The notes below the pieces were generated by a model. The model did no database searches. It was given only the letters and a program-made list of their open reading frames with translations, and had not been told where the DNA came from. A program made the position numbers and the translations under genes. This document shows, one piece after another, positions 48,309-58,271 of a stretch of 64,000 nucleotides of DNA (position 1 is the first letter of the stretch; every line of letters begins with the position of its first letter). The stretch is from Vulcanimicrobiota bacterium (GTDB lineage Bacteria; Vulcanimicrobiota; Vulcanimicrobiia; Vulcanimicrobiales; Vulcanimicrobiaceae), in assembly GCA_963833095.1 (NCBI GenBank), contig CAWHWQ010000005.1, forward strand, positions 480,001-544,000. The letters run 5' to 3'.

Positions 48309-49529
48309 ATGCTCAAAAGCCTCACCCGAGCGAGCGCGGCACTTCTTGTTGCCCTCTCGTTCGGTTTTTCCGTTGTGCCGGCGCAAGCCGATCAAAGCGG
48401 AGCCCTTGCAAACGGTGTTGTGAGCGGCGCCAATACGGCGATTCGCAACGCCATGGATCAACAAACGCAATCAAAGACTGCAACGAAACGTCAAGACGGT
48501 ACGCAGTCGACGGTAGCGCAAGTTCCTCCCGTCAATCAGCAACCTGTCGGCGGTGCCACGCAAGTCGGCCTCCCGACCGGTTTCACCTACTTCGCCGATT
48601 TCTCGATCGCGTATCCGTGGGGAAACATCGGCACCGCAAGCGGCAAGTGGCTGCAGGGCGGCGTTGACGGAATGGTTTCGTACGGCTTCAGTCCGACGTC
48701 ACGCGTCGTCGCGTCGTACTATGAACTACAGCATTATCCGTACGGCTTCAATAGTGGAACTGTACCGTTCTATTTACCACCCGGCTTTCCGAACGCCGGC
48801 TGTCAGAGTCTCGGTCAGAACGCCGTTGGAAGCTGCCCCGGAACGAGTCCGCAGTTGGATCTCACGACCAAGGACCGTTTCATGCTCCTTAGTTACGAGC
48901 AGTTGTTTTTGGTCGGAAAGTTCGGTGGTCGCGCGCTTCCGATCGTGGTGACGCCGACCTACGTCTCGCGCTGGTCGACGATCAATCAGTCCGGCAACGG
49001 AACCGATGTCGTGCCGTTCGTGAACCCGCTCAACGGAGCGCCGGTCACCGGCGTTGCAACGCGCACAGCGCAATACGATTCGGTCGCGGTCACAGTCCCA
49101 TTTCTCAAGACGTCACGTATGTTCGGGACGTTCACGGTTGCGCCGACGTGGCTGACGCATCTCAACGGTGTCAATCAAAGCAACACGGCGCAACTCTATC
49201 AGGTTCTCTACCTGGAGTACAACGCCAGCCGCAACCTGCGCTTCTTCTACGAGCCGCAGGCCTCGCGCGATTATCTGCCGACCGATCCGTATCCACAACA
49301 CTTGAACGCCTACTTTCTTGGGGCGACCGAGCGTGTTGGAAAAGCTGGGTTCATCCAGGTCGTGCTCAACAGCGGCGGTCCGTCGAACTACAGCCCCTAC
49401 GGCGTGAAGTACTTGCAGTGTTACGGACTACCGTGCAGTGCAAACACCGTACCGGCACTGGGCGGTTTAAAGGCCACGCAAATTCAAGTGCAATTCGGCG
49501 TCGGCTCGCCCGTCGTTCTGCCGTTCTAA
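48309..49529 (+). CDS. Exported hypothetical protein, possibly an outer-membrane beta-barrel
   Basis: GGAG RBS; signal peptide ending AQA; alternating amphipathic beta segments rich in Y/F/G; C-terminus QIQVQFGVG...F. Confidence 0.6.
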   Translation: MLKSLTRASAALLVALSFGFSVVPAQADQSGALANGVVSGANTAIRNAMDQQTQSKTATKRQDGTQSTVAQVPPVNQQPVGGATQVGLPTGFTYFADFSIAYPWGNIGTASGKWLQGGVDGMVSYGFSPTSRVVASYYELQHYPYGFNSGTVPFYLPPGFPNAGCQSLGQNAVGSCPGTSPQLDLTTKDRFMLLSYEQLFLVGKFGGRALPIVVTPTYVSRWSTINQSGNGTDVVPFVNPLNGAPVTGVATRTAQYDSVAVTVPFLKTSRMFGTFTVAPTWLTHLNGVNQSNTAQLYQVLYLEYNASRNLRFFYEPQASRDYLPTDPYPQHLNAYFLGATERVGKAGFIQVVLNSGGPSNYSPYGVKYLQCYGLPCSANTVPALGGLKATQIQVQFGVGSPVVLPF

Positions 49530-49545
49530 GGGATTGGGTAACGCA

Positions 49546-51165
49546 ATGAAATTATCGTATCTCTCGCGTCCGCTTGCGATCCTCGCGTTGACGGCGCTCG
49601 CCGCTTGCGGCGGAGGTAGCAGCGGCCCGGGGCCGCACGTAAACGCTCCACAACCGATCGTCACGCCGGCCGGCGGAACGCCGCTCGTGGGCATCGGCGA
49701 CAGTCTCACCGCCGGATATCAATCAAACGGGTTCCTGGGTCAAGCAAATCCCCTGGTGACGTATTCGGGATCGGCATATCCGGGTCACGCGGTACCACCG
49801 GGTCAAGAGAACGGCTTCTGGGCCGACATCTACGTGCAGCTCACCGGCGTGCCGGCAGCCAGCATGTACGTCCCCTCGACCTCGCCGCTCCCGCTCATCG
49901 CAGGGATCGGCCTCGGCACGCAGCTCGTCGTCAACAATCCTAACCTCTTCACGCCGGTGCAGCTGTGCAACAGTACTATCAATATCGAAGCCTACTCGAA
50001 TACGGCGTGGGCGGCGACCCGATTGAGCCCGACGACGCAAAACGCCGATCTCGGCGTTCCGGGTATCACGATGCATGAAGCAGTCGCGATGACCGGTCCG
50101 CTCACCGGACCGCCGAACACATTTAACGCCACGACCGGGGCGTGCGGCTACAGCACGCTCGCGAATGACCCGACGTCGGGCGGCCTGCAATCGGTGGTAT
50201 CCGGCGAAAGCGAACTGTTCTATCCGGTCATGGGTAGTTATCTCAATTCGGCGGTACCGCAATTGACGGAGCTGAACGTGGCCGTTGCGTTGCAGCCGAA
50301 GCTGGCCACCGTGTGGCTCGGCGCAAACGACGTGCTCAAGTTCTCGTTCTCGGGCGGCAACCCGGTTGCGAGTGATTCGCCGACGCAAATGCAAGCCGAT
50401 CTCACGCAGATCATCAAAGCGCTCACTGCGAAGGGAACGAAAGTCCTGATCGCCGATCTTCCAAACGTGCTCTCTGCGCCGCAATTCTTTCCGCAGGGCA
50501 ATCGTCTGGTCGCCGATCTCGCAACGCTGTTGACGCCCGCGCTCGGCTCGGGTGCAACCGCCGCGGCAACGGCAATCGCGAGCTACGTCGCCACGCAGTA
50601 TGGTGTGACCACCGGCGGCTATTTAACCGAGAGCGGATTCTTGGCGATCATCAACACCTGCGAATCGCCGAAGACGCAAGCCTTATGCCTCACACCGCCG
50701 CTCGATCCGAGCGGACCGGGAAGCGGCCTTGGCGGCGCCTACCTGACGCCGGCGCTCGCGACCGAGGTCGCACAGCTCAACGCCGGATACAATCAGGTGA
50801 TCGACGCCGTCGCCAGCGGCTCGGGTCCGAACGTCGCATTGGTTCCGATCAACGCGACCTTCTCAGCGCTTGCGCCGTCAACGACGGTTCCGGGTTCGGC
50901 GCCTAATCTCAACACCGTCGTGCCGGGCGCGCCTTCGGCAACCTACTTGTTCGGCGGTAATCTGGTGACGTGGGACGGCCTGCATCCCTCAAATCTGGGG
51001 TATGCCGTTATCGCAAACACGTTCATTGCGACCGCGGACACCGCGTTCGGAATGACGATCCCACCGATCACCAACGCGCAACTCAACGCCATCAATGCAG
51101 CCGATCCGTATAACGGGCAATCGGTGAACGCGGCGCTCGGTGCGCCGATCTTCCCACTTCCCTAG
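49546..51165 (+). CDS. SGNH/GDSL hydrolase lipoprotein
   Basis: Lipobox LAAC; block I GDSLTAG, block II LGVPG, block III LGAND, block V DGLHP. Confidence 0.88.
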   Translation: MKLSYLSRPLAILALTALAACGGGSSGPGPHVNAPQPIVTPAGGTPLVGIGDSLTAGYQSNGFLGQANPLVTYSGSAYPGHAVPPGQENGFWADIYVQLTGVPAASMYVPSTSPLPLIAGIGLGTQLVVNNPNLFTPVQLCNSTINIEAYSNTAWAATRLSPTTQNADLGVPGITMHEAVAMTGPLTGPPNTFNATTGACGYSTLANDPTSGGLQSVVSGESELFYPVMGSYLNSAVPQLTELNVAVALQPKLATVWLGANDVLKFSFSGGNPVASDSPTQMQADLTQIIKALTAKGTKVLIADLPNVLSAPQFFPQGNRLVADLATLLTPALGSGATAAATAIASYVATQYGVTTGGYLTESGFLAIINTCESPKTQALCLTPPLDPSGPGSGLGGAYLTPALATEVAQLNAGYNQVIDAVASGSGPNVALVPINATFSALAPSTTVPGSAPNLNTVVPGAPSATYLFGGNLVTWDGLHPSNLGYAVIANTFIATADTAFGMTIPPITNAQLNAINAADPYNGQSVNAALGAPIFPLP

Positions 51166-51167
51166 AC

Positions 51168-51232
51168 GGTTCGTTCCGCCCCATGGGCGGTCGCACATCG
51201 TGTGCTACGAACCTTCAGCCGCATCGTGCGGC
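51168..51232. repeat. Structured dispersed element, copy A (three-way junction plus hairpin)
   Basis: GGTTCG-[CCGCCC cat GGGCGG]-[GCACA tcg TGTGC]-CGAACC-ttca-[GCCGCA tcg TGCGGC]. Confidence 0.75.
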
Positions 51233-51236
51233 CACC

Positions 51237-51278
51237 CAAGAAGAAGAGCCCGGGCAACTGCCCGGGCTCTTCTTCTTG
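51237..51278. terminator. Bidirectional terminator between the convergent SGNH and gdh genes
   Basis: 20-bp perfect arms: CAAGAAGAAGAGCCCGGGCA-ac-TGCCCGGGCTCTTCTTCTTG. Confidence 0.85.
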
Positions 51279-51290
51279 TTTCGCAACCGG

Positions 51291-52558
51291 TTAGGCGTAG
51301 ATGCCACGCAAACGGAGCGCCCGTACCACGCGGTCGATGGCAAGCGCGTAGGCCGCGGTGCGGTAATTCGAGTTGCGCGCGTTCTTGATCGTACGCAATT
51401 CGCCCAGATTTGAGAGCAGCACGTCCTCGAGCTTCTCGTTGACCTCGGCCTCTTTCCAGAAGTAGCCCATGCGGTCTTGAGCCCACTCGAAATACGAGAC
51501 GGTCACGCCGCCGGCGTTCGCCATGATGTCGGGGATGACGACGATGCCGTTTTGCTTGAAGATCCGATCGGCTTCGGGCGTCGTCGGCCCGTTTGCGCCC
51601 TCGACGATCAGCTTCGCCTTGACCGTTCGCCGCGTTCTCGGCGGTGAAGACCTTCTCGAGCGCGGCAGGCACGAGCACGTCGCAATCGGAGGTCGAGCAG
51701 TTCCGCGTTGCTGATGCGGTCGCCGCCCTTGAAGCCCTCGAGGCTGCGATTCTTGACCGCATGATCGATCGCGCCGCGGAACATCGATACCGTCGGCGTT
51801 GTAATAACGCGCCGGTGACATCGGAGATGCCGCACACTTTGCAGCCGCGCTCTGCGAAGAGTTTCGCCGCGTACGAGTCCGACGTTGCCGAAGCCTTGAA
51901 TGACGACCCGCGTCTGTTCCGGAGGCGATCCCATCTGCGTGCATTTCGTCGAGCGCGCAGATGCGTGACGCCGCGTCCGGTCGCTTCGACGCGTCCGCGC
52001 GACCCGCCGATCTCGAGCGGCTTGCCGGTCACGACGCCCGGCACGTTCTGTCGCACGTGCATCGAGTAGGTGTCCATGAACCAGGCCATGACTTGCGGCG
52101 TCGTGTTGACGTCGGGCGCGGGGACGTCCTTATCCGGGCCGACGACTTCGACCAGCTCGGCCGCGTAGCGGCGCGTGATGCGCTCGAGTTCGTTCATCGA
52201 AAGGTCGACGGGATCGCAGGTCACGCCGCCTTTTCCACCGCCGAACGGAAGATCGACGACGGCGCATTTCCAGGTCATCCAGAACGCCAGCGCCGTCACT
52301 TCGTCGAGCGTAACGCCGGGATGGTAGCGAATGCCGCCCTTAGCGGGTCCGCGCGCGAAGTTGTATTGAACGCGATAGCCGGTGTAGACTTCGAATTCGC
52401 CGCTAGTCTCGCTGGAACGGAATCGAGAAGATGATTTGACGCGATGGGTGCGTGAGGATTCGCCGCATTCCCGAGTCGAGTTCGAGAAGATCGGCCGCTT
52501 CGTTGAAATAGGCGATGCCGTCTCCAAAAACCGAGACTTCGCGTACCGCAGTGGTCAT
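51291..52558 (-). CDS. gdhA: Glu/Leu/Phe/Val dehydrogenase (glutamate dehydrogenase type), frameshifted
   Basis: [59 protein letters not shown]. Confidence 0.88.
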
Positions 52559-52651
52559 AAAGTATTTTTCAGCCTCCGGGGAGATCAAACCCCAAAGGCT
52601 ACGGGAAATTACCGAAAACTCCCTTGGATGGAGCTATGCGGTGCAAAGCCC

Positions 52652-52674
52652 AACCTTCAGCCGCATCGTGCGGC
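52652..52674. repeat. Structured dispersed element, partial copy B (23-bp exact repeat of 51210-51232)
   Basis: AACCTTCAGCCGCATCGTGCGGC is identical at both sites. Confidence 0.8.
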
Positions 52675-52733
52675 GTAGCTGCTATGCGATAAACGTCTTA
52701 ATGTGGCCGCTTGGTGTCTCTAGCGAGACGAAT

Positions 52734-53828
52734 TTACACGTTGAAGAGGAAGTTGACGACGTCACCCTCTTGCATCACGTAGTCTTTCCCCTCGGCGCGG
52801 ACTTTGCCGGCGTTTTTGAGCGCCGCCATGGTCTTGTACTCGACGTAATCGTCATATGAGACGATCTCAGCGCGAATGAATCCGCGCTCGATGTCGCCGT
52901 GAATCTTGCCCGCCGCCTGTGGCGCTTTGGTCCCCTTGGCAATGGTCCAAGCGCGAACTTCTGGTTCGCCGGCGGTAAGGAACGTCATAAGTCCAAGCAG
53001 ATCGTAGGCACGCAGTGCAAGCTCGTTGAGGCCGCTACGTTCGATGCCTAGCTCAGCGCAGAATTCGCGCGCTTCGTCGTCGGTGAGACCCGCTAGTTCC
53101 GATTCGATCTTCCCGCACAGCACGACGACGGCACTGCCGTCTTCCTTCGCGACCGCGCGCACGGCATCGACCAGCGGACCCGGCTTGCCGATCTGCTGTT
53201 CGTCGACGTTCGCGACATACAGCAGCGGCTTCGCGGTGAGCAGAAAAGACTCGTTTGCAATCTCGCGCTCGGAACTTTCGAGTGGGAAGCTGCGCGCGGG
53301 CTTTCCGGCTTCGAGCGCGGCGACGACATTTTGCGCGGCATCGTGCGCAGCGCGGCGCTTGGGATTCGTCCGGGCCTCGCGTTCGAGTTTGTCGAGCCGC
53401 TTCTGCATGGTGGCAAGATCGGCAAGCGCAAGTTCGATCGAAATGATTTCGATATCGCGCGCGGGATCCGGGCTTCCCTCGACATGCGTCACGTTGTCGT
53501 CCTCGAAACAGCGCACGACCATCGCAATCGCATCGGTCTCACGAATATGACTGAGGAAGGCGTTACCCAAGCCTTGTCCGGTCGAGGCTCCGCGAACGAG
53601 TCCGGCGATATCGACGAAGCGGACGGTTGCGGGCACGATGCGCTGGCCGTGCACGAGCGCTTGCAGAACCTGCAAACGGTCGTCGGGTACTGCGACTTCT
53701 CCCACATTCGGTTCGATCGTGGCAAACGGATAATTTGCCGCGAGCGCTTGAGCGGAACGGGTGAGGGCGTTGAAGATGGTGGACTTGCCGACGTTGGGCA
53801 AGCCGACGATACCGCAGGATAGCGCCAT
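52734..53828 (-). CDS. ychF: Redox-regulated ATPase YchF
   Basis: GIVGLPNVGKST, NYPFATIEPN, DIAGLV, GKIHGDIERGFIRAE, EGKDYVMQEGD. Confidence 0.96.
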   Translation of the reverse strand: MALSCGIVGLPNVGKSTIFNALTRSAQALAANYPFATIEPNVGEVAVPDDRLQVLQALVHGQRIVPATVRFVDIAGLVRGASTGQGLGNAFLSHIRETDAIAMVVRCFEDDNVTHVEGSPDPARDIEIISIELALADLATMQKRLDKLEREARTNPKRRAAHDAAQNVVAALEAGKPARSFPLESSEREIANESFLLTAKPLLYVANVDEQQIGKPGPLVDAVRAVAKEDGSAVVVLCGKIESELAGLTDDEAREFCAELGIERSGLNELALRAYDLLGLMTFLTAGEPEVRAWTIAKGTKAPQAAGKIHGDIERGFIRAEIVSYDDYVEYKTMAALKNAGKVRAEGKDYVMQEGDVVNFLFNV

Positions 53829-53914
53829 GGTGCGGGCCCTTGCGTTCGTGCGGGTGTCGCCCGCACCCTTGCCGAGTAGCAAGAGAATCCCGCGGGTGCG
53901 TCGGATACCACCGG

Positions 53915-54391
53915 ATGCGCCAAATGAAGGTCGACAAGCTCGGGATCGACCTATTGACCCACGATCCGGTTGTGATCCTCAAGGATATGGACGGGTCGCA
54001 CTACCTGCCGATTCTCATCGGCCCGTTCGAGGCCACGGCGATCGCGCTGGCACTCGAAGGCGCTCCGGTCCCGCGACCGCTTTCGCACGACCTCATGCGC
54101 AACATTCTTGAGTCGCTCGAGACGACGTTAGAGCAAGTTATCATCCACGATATCAAAGACTCGACGTTTTACGCGAAGCTGATCTTGCGATGCGATGGCG
54201 AGTTGCAAGAGATCGATGCCCGCCCTTCCGACGGCATCGCCTTGGCGCTACGCATGAAGGCACCCATCTACGTAACCGACAAGATCGTCCTCGAAGAGTC
54301 GACACCCGACAAGAAACCGGTCGACGACTCCGAGATGTCGCGCTTCAAGAAATTCCTCGACGACCTTAAGCCATCTGACTTTAATAGATAG
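53915..54391 (+). CDS. Bifunctional nuclease family (DUF151) protein
   Basis: LPILIGPFEATAI, PRPLSHDL, DARPSDGIALALR. Confidence 0.9.
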   Translation: MRQMKVDKLGIDLLTHDPVVILKDMDGSHYLPILIGPFEATAIALALEGAPVPRPLSHDLMRNILESLETTLEQVIIHDIKDSTFYAKLILRCDGELQEIDARPSDGIALALRMKAPIYVTDKIVLEESTPDKKPVDDSEMSRFKKFLDDLKPSDFNR

Positions 54392-54412
54392 CACGCTCAA
54401 GAACTGGAGACT

Positions 54413-55213
54413 ATGGAAACGACGACGGAACGCGCCGACATCGGCGTTTTTGGCGGTTCGGGATTTTATTCGCTAATCGAAAACGCCCGTGAGGTGTGGA
54501 TTGAGACGCCCTACGGCGCTCCAAGCGACCGCGTCGCGCTCGGCGAAATCGCCGGCAAACGCGTCGCTTTTTTGCCCCGCCACGGAAAGGATCATCGCTT
54601 CCCGCCGCAATCGATCAACTACCGGGCAAATTTATGGGCGATGAAAGCGCTTGGCGTGAAATTCATCATTGCGCCCAATGCCTGCGGCTCGCTCAAGAAA
54701 GAGGTCAAGCCGGGATCGATGGTCGTCTGCGACCAACTCGTGGACCGCACGGCGGGGCGCAAGGACACGTTTTTCGACGGCCCGATCACGACCCACGTTA
54801 GCTTTGCCGACCCCTACTGCCCGACGTTACGGCCGATCGCTGTCAACGCGCTGCGTTCGCTCGACATCGAAACGCACGAGCGCGGCACAGTCGTCGTCAT
54901 CCAGGGGCCGCGCTTTTCGACACGCTCGGAATCGAAGTGGTTTCAGAGCCAAGGCTGGGAAGTGATCAATATGACGCAATATCCCGAAGCGTACCTAGCC
55001 CGCGAACTCGAGATCTGTTTTGTGAACATCTCGCTTATCACCGACTACGACGTCGGTATCGACGGGATCGCGCCGGTCTCGCATCACGAAGTCATGGAGG
55101 TTTTCAAAAAGAACAACGATCGCGTGAAGAACGCCATCGGACGGATCGTCGAAGGGATCGATTTGAAGGCCGACTGCTCGTGCCACCACGCGCTCGCCGG
55201 AGCACGGGGTTAA
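54413..55213 (+). CDS. mtnP: S-methyl-5'-thioadenosine phosphorylase
   Basis: IGVFGGSG, TPYG, FLPRHG, INYRAN, QGPRFSTRSES, ITDYD. Confidence 0.9.
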   Translation: METTTERADIGVFGGSGFYSLIENAREVWIETPYGAPSDRVALGEIAGKRVAFLPRHGKDHRFPPQSINYRANLWAMKALGVKFIIAPNACGSLKKEVKPGSMVVCDQLVDRTAGRKDTFFDGPITTHVSFADPYCPTLRPIAVNALRSLDIETHERGTVVVIQGPRFSTRSESKWFQSQGWEVINMTQYPEAYLARELEICFVNISLITDYDVGIDGIAPVSHHEVMEVFKKNNDRVKNAIGRIVEGIDLKADCSCHHALAGARG

Positions 55214-55217
55214 TTTG

Positions 55218-55922
55218 ATGCGCCGCCGTGGACCACGCGTCAACCTGGCCATCTACGGGCAAGCGTTCGTCCACCTCGTGCGCCATCCGTCGATTCTCGC
55301 GTTGCCGCTGCTGGCCGCGATCATCGACATGTTTACGTCATATTGGCAGACGCTCTTTACCGATCCGCTTGGAGGGTACGGCGGAGGGCTGTTCCAGTTT
55401 GTTCTTCAGATTCTGTATTTGTTCGCGTTCGGCGGTGCGGTCATCCAAGCCAACAATATCGCGCGCGGCTACCGCGCCGGCTTCGATGACGCGTGGGAAG
55501 AGACACGGCGAAAGGCCGGCGGTATTCTGATGGCCGCGCTTGGGTTTCAGTTTGTCATCTACGCCGCGCAGTATATCGGCGGTCTGCTCGGCAGCGGGTT
55601 GCTGCAAACCGGACTGCAGCTCCTCGCGTACTTCTTCTTGATTCTCACGATCCCAGCGGCCGCGATCGGTGGACTCCCGGGAGGCCTCGCGCTTTCGGGT
55701 TCGATTCGGGCGGTGCGCGCCAACCCACTCGCATGCGTGATCCTCGCAGTCGTCTTTATCGCTCTCTGGGTTTTTGCCCCGGCGTTCCTTCTTGCGCCAC
55801 TCGCACAATATGGCGTGATCGCCTCACTCATCGGCGTCGCGCTCTTGCGCGCAGTCGTCCTCGCGTATCTCGCGTTTCCGTTTGCCGTAACCTACGACGA
55901 AACCGCGTTTCGCGGTTACTAA
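55218..55922 (+). CDS. Hypothetical multi-pass membrane protein
   Basis: About 6 hydrophobic helices; intact ORF. Confidence 0.7.
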   Translation: MRRRGPRVNLAIYGQAFVHLVRHPSILALPLLAAIIDMFTSYWQTLFTDPLGGYGGGLFQFVLQILYLFAFGGAVIQANNIARGYRAGFDDAWEETRRKAGGILMAALGFQFVIYAAQYIGGLLGSGLLQTGLQLLAYFFLILTIPAAAIGGLPGGLALSGSIRAVRANPLACVILAVVFIALWVFAPAFLLAPLAQYGVIASLIGVALLRAVVLAYLAFPFAVTYDETAFRGY

Positions 55923-56926
55923 GCTTTTCCAGTCAGCGCCATGCGCACCAGTTCGCTCACCATCGTTGGGCTGACGTTCGTGCGCGCGAGGCGCTGCGCG
56001 TCGTCGAGCTTGCCGAACATTGCGATCGATTCTGCCGGCGGCAGCGCCGGTAGCGCGCGCAAGTCGTCCGCATAGTCCACGCTCATTACGGTTGCCCGAT
56101 CGCCCGCGCAGGCCAATGCCGTCCAGTCACGCGCAAGTGTCTTAATGAGCTCTAAGCCTTCATCGAGCGTTTCTCGACTCGCCCAGCCCTCCTCGGGCGT
56201 CTCGCCGCGCGTCACGGCAAAGAACCACGTCGCAATCTGCGACCGCAACGTCTCATCATCGCCCCCAAGCGCGGAAAGGGCGCGTGTAACGCTTCCTTGA
56301 CCTAGCGACGCGCCGAGATGCGCACGTTCCTGATCGTATCCAAGCTTAAGCAAAATCTCGCGCACTTGGCTCTGCGCGAGCGACGGGAAGCGCAGCTCGA
56401 TCACGCGCGAACGGATCGTCGGCAAGAGGCGCCCGGGTGTCGGCGAGGTGAGGATCAGCACGACGCCGCGCGGCGGTTCTTCGAAGAACTTGAGCAGCGC
56501 GTTTGCCGCGTGATGCGTAGCAAAGTCGATATCGCCGAGCAGCAAGACCCGCATGCCGCCGCTGTATGACTGCATCGAGAGCTGGCGCACCAGATCGCGT
56601 GCAGTGAGGTCCTCGCCCTCATAGAAGCCCATCGCCGCGTCGGCGTCACCGATCTTGAGAATACCGATGTGCTCGAGAAAATCCGGATGGCGGCCGCCTT
56701 CGCTTGCAAAGAGCCGGCACGACGCGCAGGTGCCATCGTACCCAAGGACTCCCTCCTTGCGCGCCTCGCAAAGCAGCGATTGGGCAAGACGTCGTGCGAA
56801 GAATTTTTTACCCACGCCGGGCGGCCCGCTGAAGAGATATGCGTGCGCGAGCGACGCAGGCGTCAGCCGGCCAAAATAGGTCTTTGGTCCCTCGGCTCCG
56901 ATGACGTCGAACTGCAGGTCGCTCAC
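55919..56926 (-). CDS. holB: DNA polymerase III subunit delta'
   Basis: HAYLFSGPPGVGK, C..CASC, HPD, AANALLKFFEEPP, LLPTIRSR; directly downstream of tmk. Confidence 0.88.
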   Translation of the reverse strand: MSDLQFDVIGAEGPKTYFGRLTPASLAHAYLFSGPPGVGKKFFARRLAQSLLCEARKEGVLGYDGTCASCRLFASEGGRHPDFLEHIGILKIGDADAAMGFYEGEDLTARDLVRQLSMQSYSGGMRVLLLGDIDFATHHAANALLKFFEEPPRGVVLILTSPTPGRLLPTIRSRVIELRFPSLAQSQVREILLKLGYDQERAHLGASLGQGSVTRALSALGGDDETLRSQIATWFFAVTRGETPEEGWASRETLDEGLELIKTLARDWTALACAGDRATVMSVDYADDLRALPALPPAESIAMFGKLDDAQRLARTNVSPTMVSELVRMALTGKA

Positions 56927-57537
56927 CCGAGAACACCGACGAGCACTGCGAACGTCTGCGCGATCAACTCCTCTTCGGGCTTGGTCGCGTCAAGTACACG
57001 ATAGCGCGGCGACTGTCGCGCGAGATCGAGAAAACCGCGGCGCACGCGTTCGTAAAAACCGGGATCTTCGCGTTCCATGCGATCGCCGGCGCCCCCGTCG
57101 CGCGAAGCCACACGTTCACGCGAAACCGCGACCGGCAGGTCGAGTACGAAGGTCAAATTCGGAATCAGACCGCCGCTGGCCGTATCGCAAAGCTCTTGCA
57201 AGAATGCAAGCTCGATCCCGCGCCCATAGCCCTGGTAGGCCAGGGTCGAGTCGACGAAGCGGTCGCAGAGGACGATTGCGCCGCCGCGGAGAGCCGGTTC
57301 GATCAGCTCGACCACGTGCTGCGCGCGCGCAGCATTGATGAGCAGCGCTTCGGTCAACGGAGCCACCGCCAAGCCCGGCTCGAGGAAGATTTGACGGATC
57401 GCGTCTCCCGCCGGCGTCCCCCCCGGCTCGCGGGTCACGATGGTTTCTTTGCCCGTAGCGCGTAATCGTTCGGAAAGGCCGGCCACGAGCGTACTCTTGC
57501 CGCAGCCTTCAATGCCTTCAACCGTGATAAATGGCAC
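56923..57537 (-). CDS. tmk: Thymidylate kinase
   Basis: FITVEGIEGCGKST, TREPGG, DRFVDSTLAYQG. Confidence 0.95.
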   Translation of the reverse strand: MPFITVEGIEGCGKSTLVAGLSERLRATGKETIVTREPGGTPAGDAIRQIFLEPGLAVAPLTEALLINAARAQHVVELIEPALRGGAIVLCDRFVDSTLAYQGYGRGIELAFLQELCDTASGGLIPNLTFVLDLPVAVSRERVASRDGGAGDRMEREDPGFYERVRRGFLDLARQSPRYRVLDATKPEEELIAQTFAVLVGVLG

Positions 57538-57565
57538 GGTATGTTATTCGACGGAGCGGCTTTGT

Positions 57566-58255
57566 ATGTCATCTCCCAGCTCCATGTTCGGCGATCTCAT
57601 CGAGTGGTTTCTCGGGCGCGCCGGCGACCGGCGCCAGTATAAGCGTAAACCTGGTGCTTACCACATGTGGTATCAGCCGAATGCCAACGACCCCAACTTG
57701 CTCAAATCGGGTGTAGGCCTCGAGATCTCGCCGAATGGCGCAATGTTCATCCTGCAGGAACCCGTCGCGGCGAACTCCTTTAATATCATCGCTCGCGTGC
57801 GGGAGCGCAACATTCCGCTCCGTGTCAAACATGTGCGTTCGGATCAGGTGCAGCACCAAGGCGGAAAGTGGCACCGGTACATGTGCGAATTCGTGGGAAT
57901 CGCCGCCGACGATTGGGATGCGATCGTTCGCTACGTCAACGATGAACCTGAAAGCGACCGGCGCAAGATGCAGAATCAGGAGCCCAGCGAGAAAGTTGAC
58001 GACGCCTATCGCCTGCTGCCGCTAGCGCTGCAACAAAAGATCATGGGGATGCTGGTAGCGCAGAACAAACTCGAGCAGCCGAAACCCGGCCAGACGCCGC
58101 TGCTCAAGCTGTTTTACGGTGGCCTCGTGAACCGTCCGGGACAAAAGCCGGCGCACCGTTTCAACGTCCACAGTCGCATCAAACGCGGCGATGAAATGCT
58201 TGCCTTCGACACTCGATTTTTAGTGGGCGAAGACGGCGAGATCACCGCTCTCTAG
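57566..58255 (+). CDS. PilZ-like domain protein with an unknown C-terminal domain
   Basis: DRRQYKR (RxxxR) and EISPNG (variant of DxSxxG), followed by a beta-rich segment ending EFVGI...WDAIVRYV. Confidence 0.6.
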   Translation: MSSPSSMFGDLIEWFLGRAGDRRQYKRKPGAYHMWYQPNANDPNLLKSGVGLEISPNGAMFILQEPVAANSFNIIARVRERNIPLRVKHVRSDQVQHQGGKWHRYMCEFVGIAADDWDAIVRYVNDEPESDRRKMQNQEPSEKVDDAYRLLPLALQQKIMGMLVAQNKLEQPKPGQTPLLKLFYGGLVNRPGQKPAHRFNVHSRIKRGDEMLAFDTRFLVGEDGEITAL

Positions 58256-58271
58256 CCGGAACTTGTAAATC

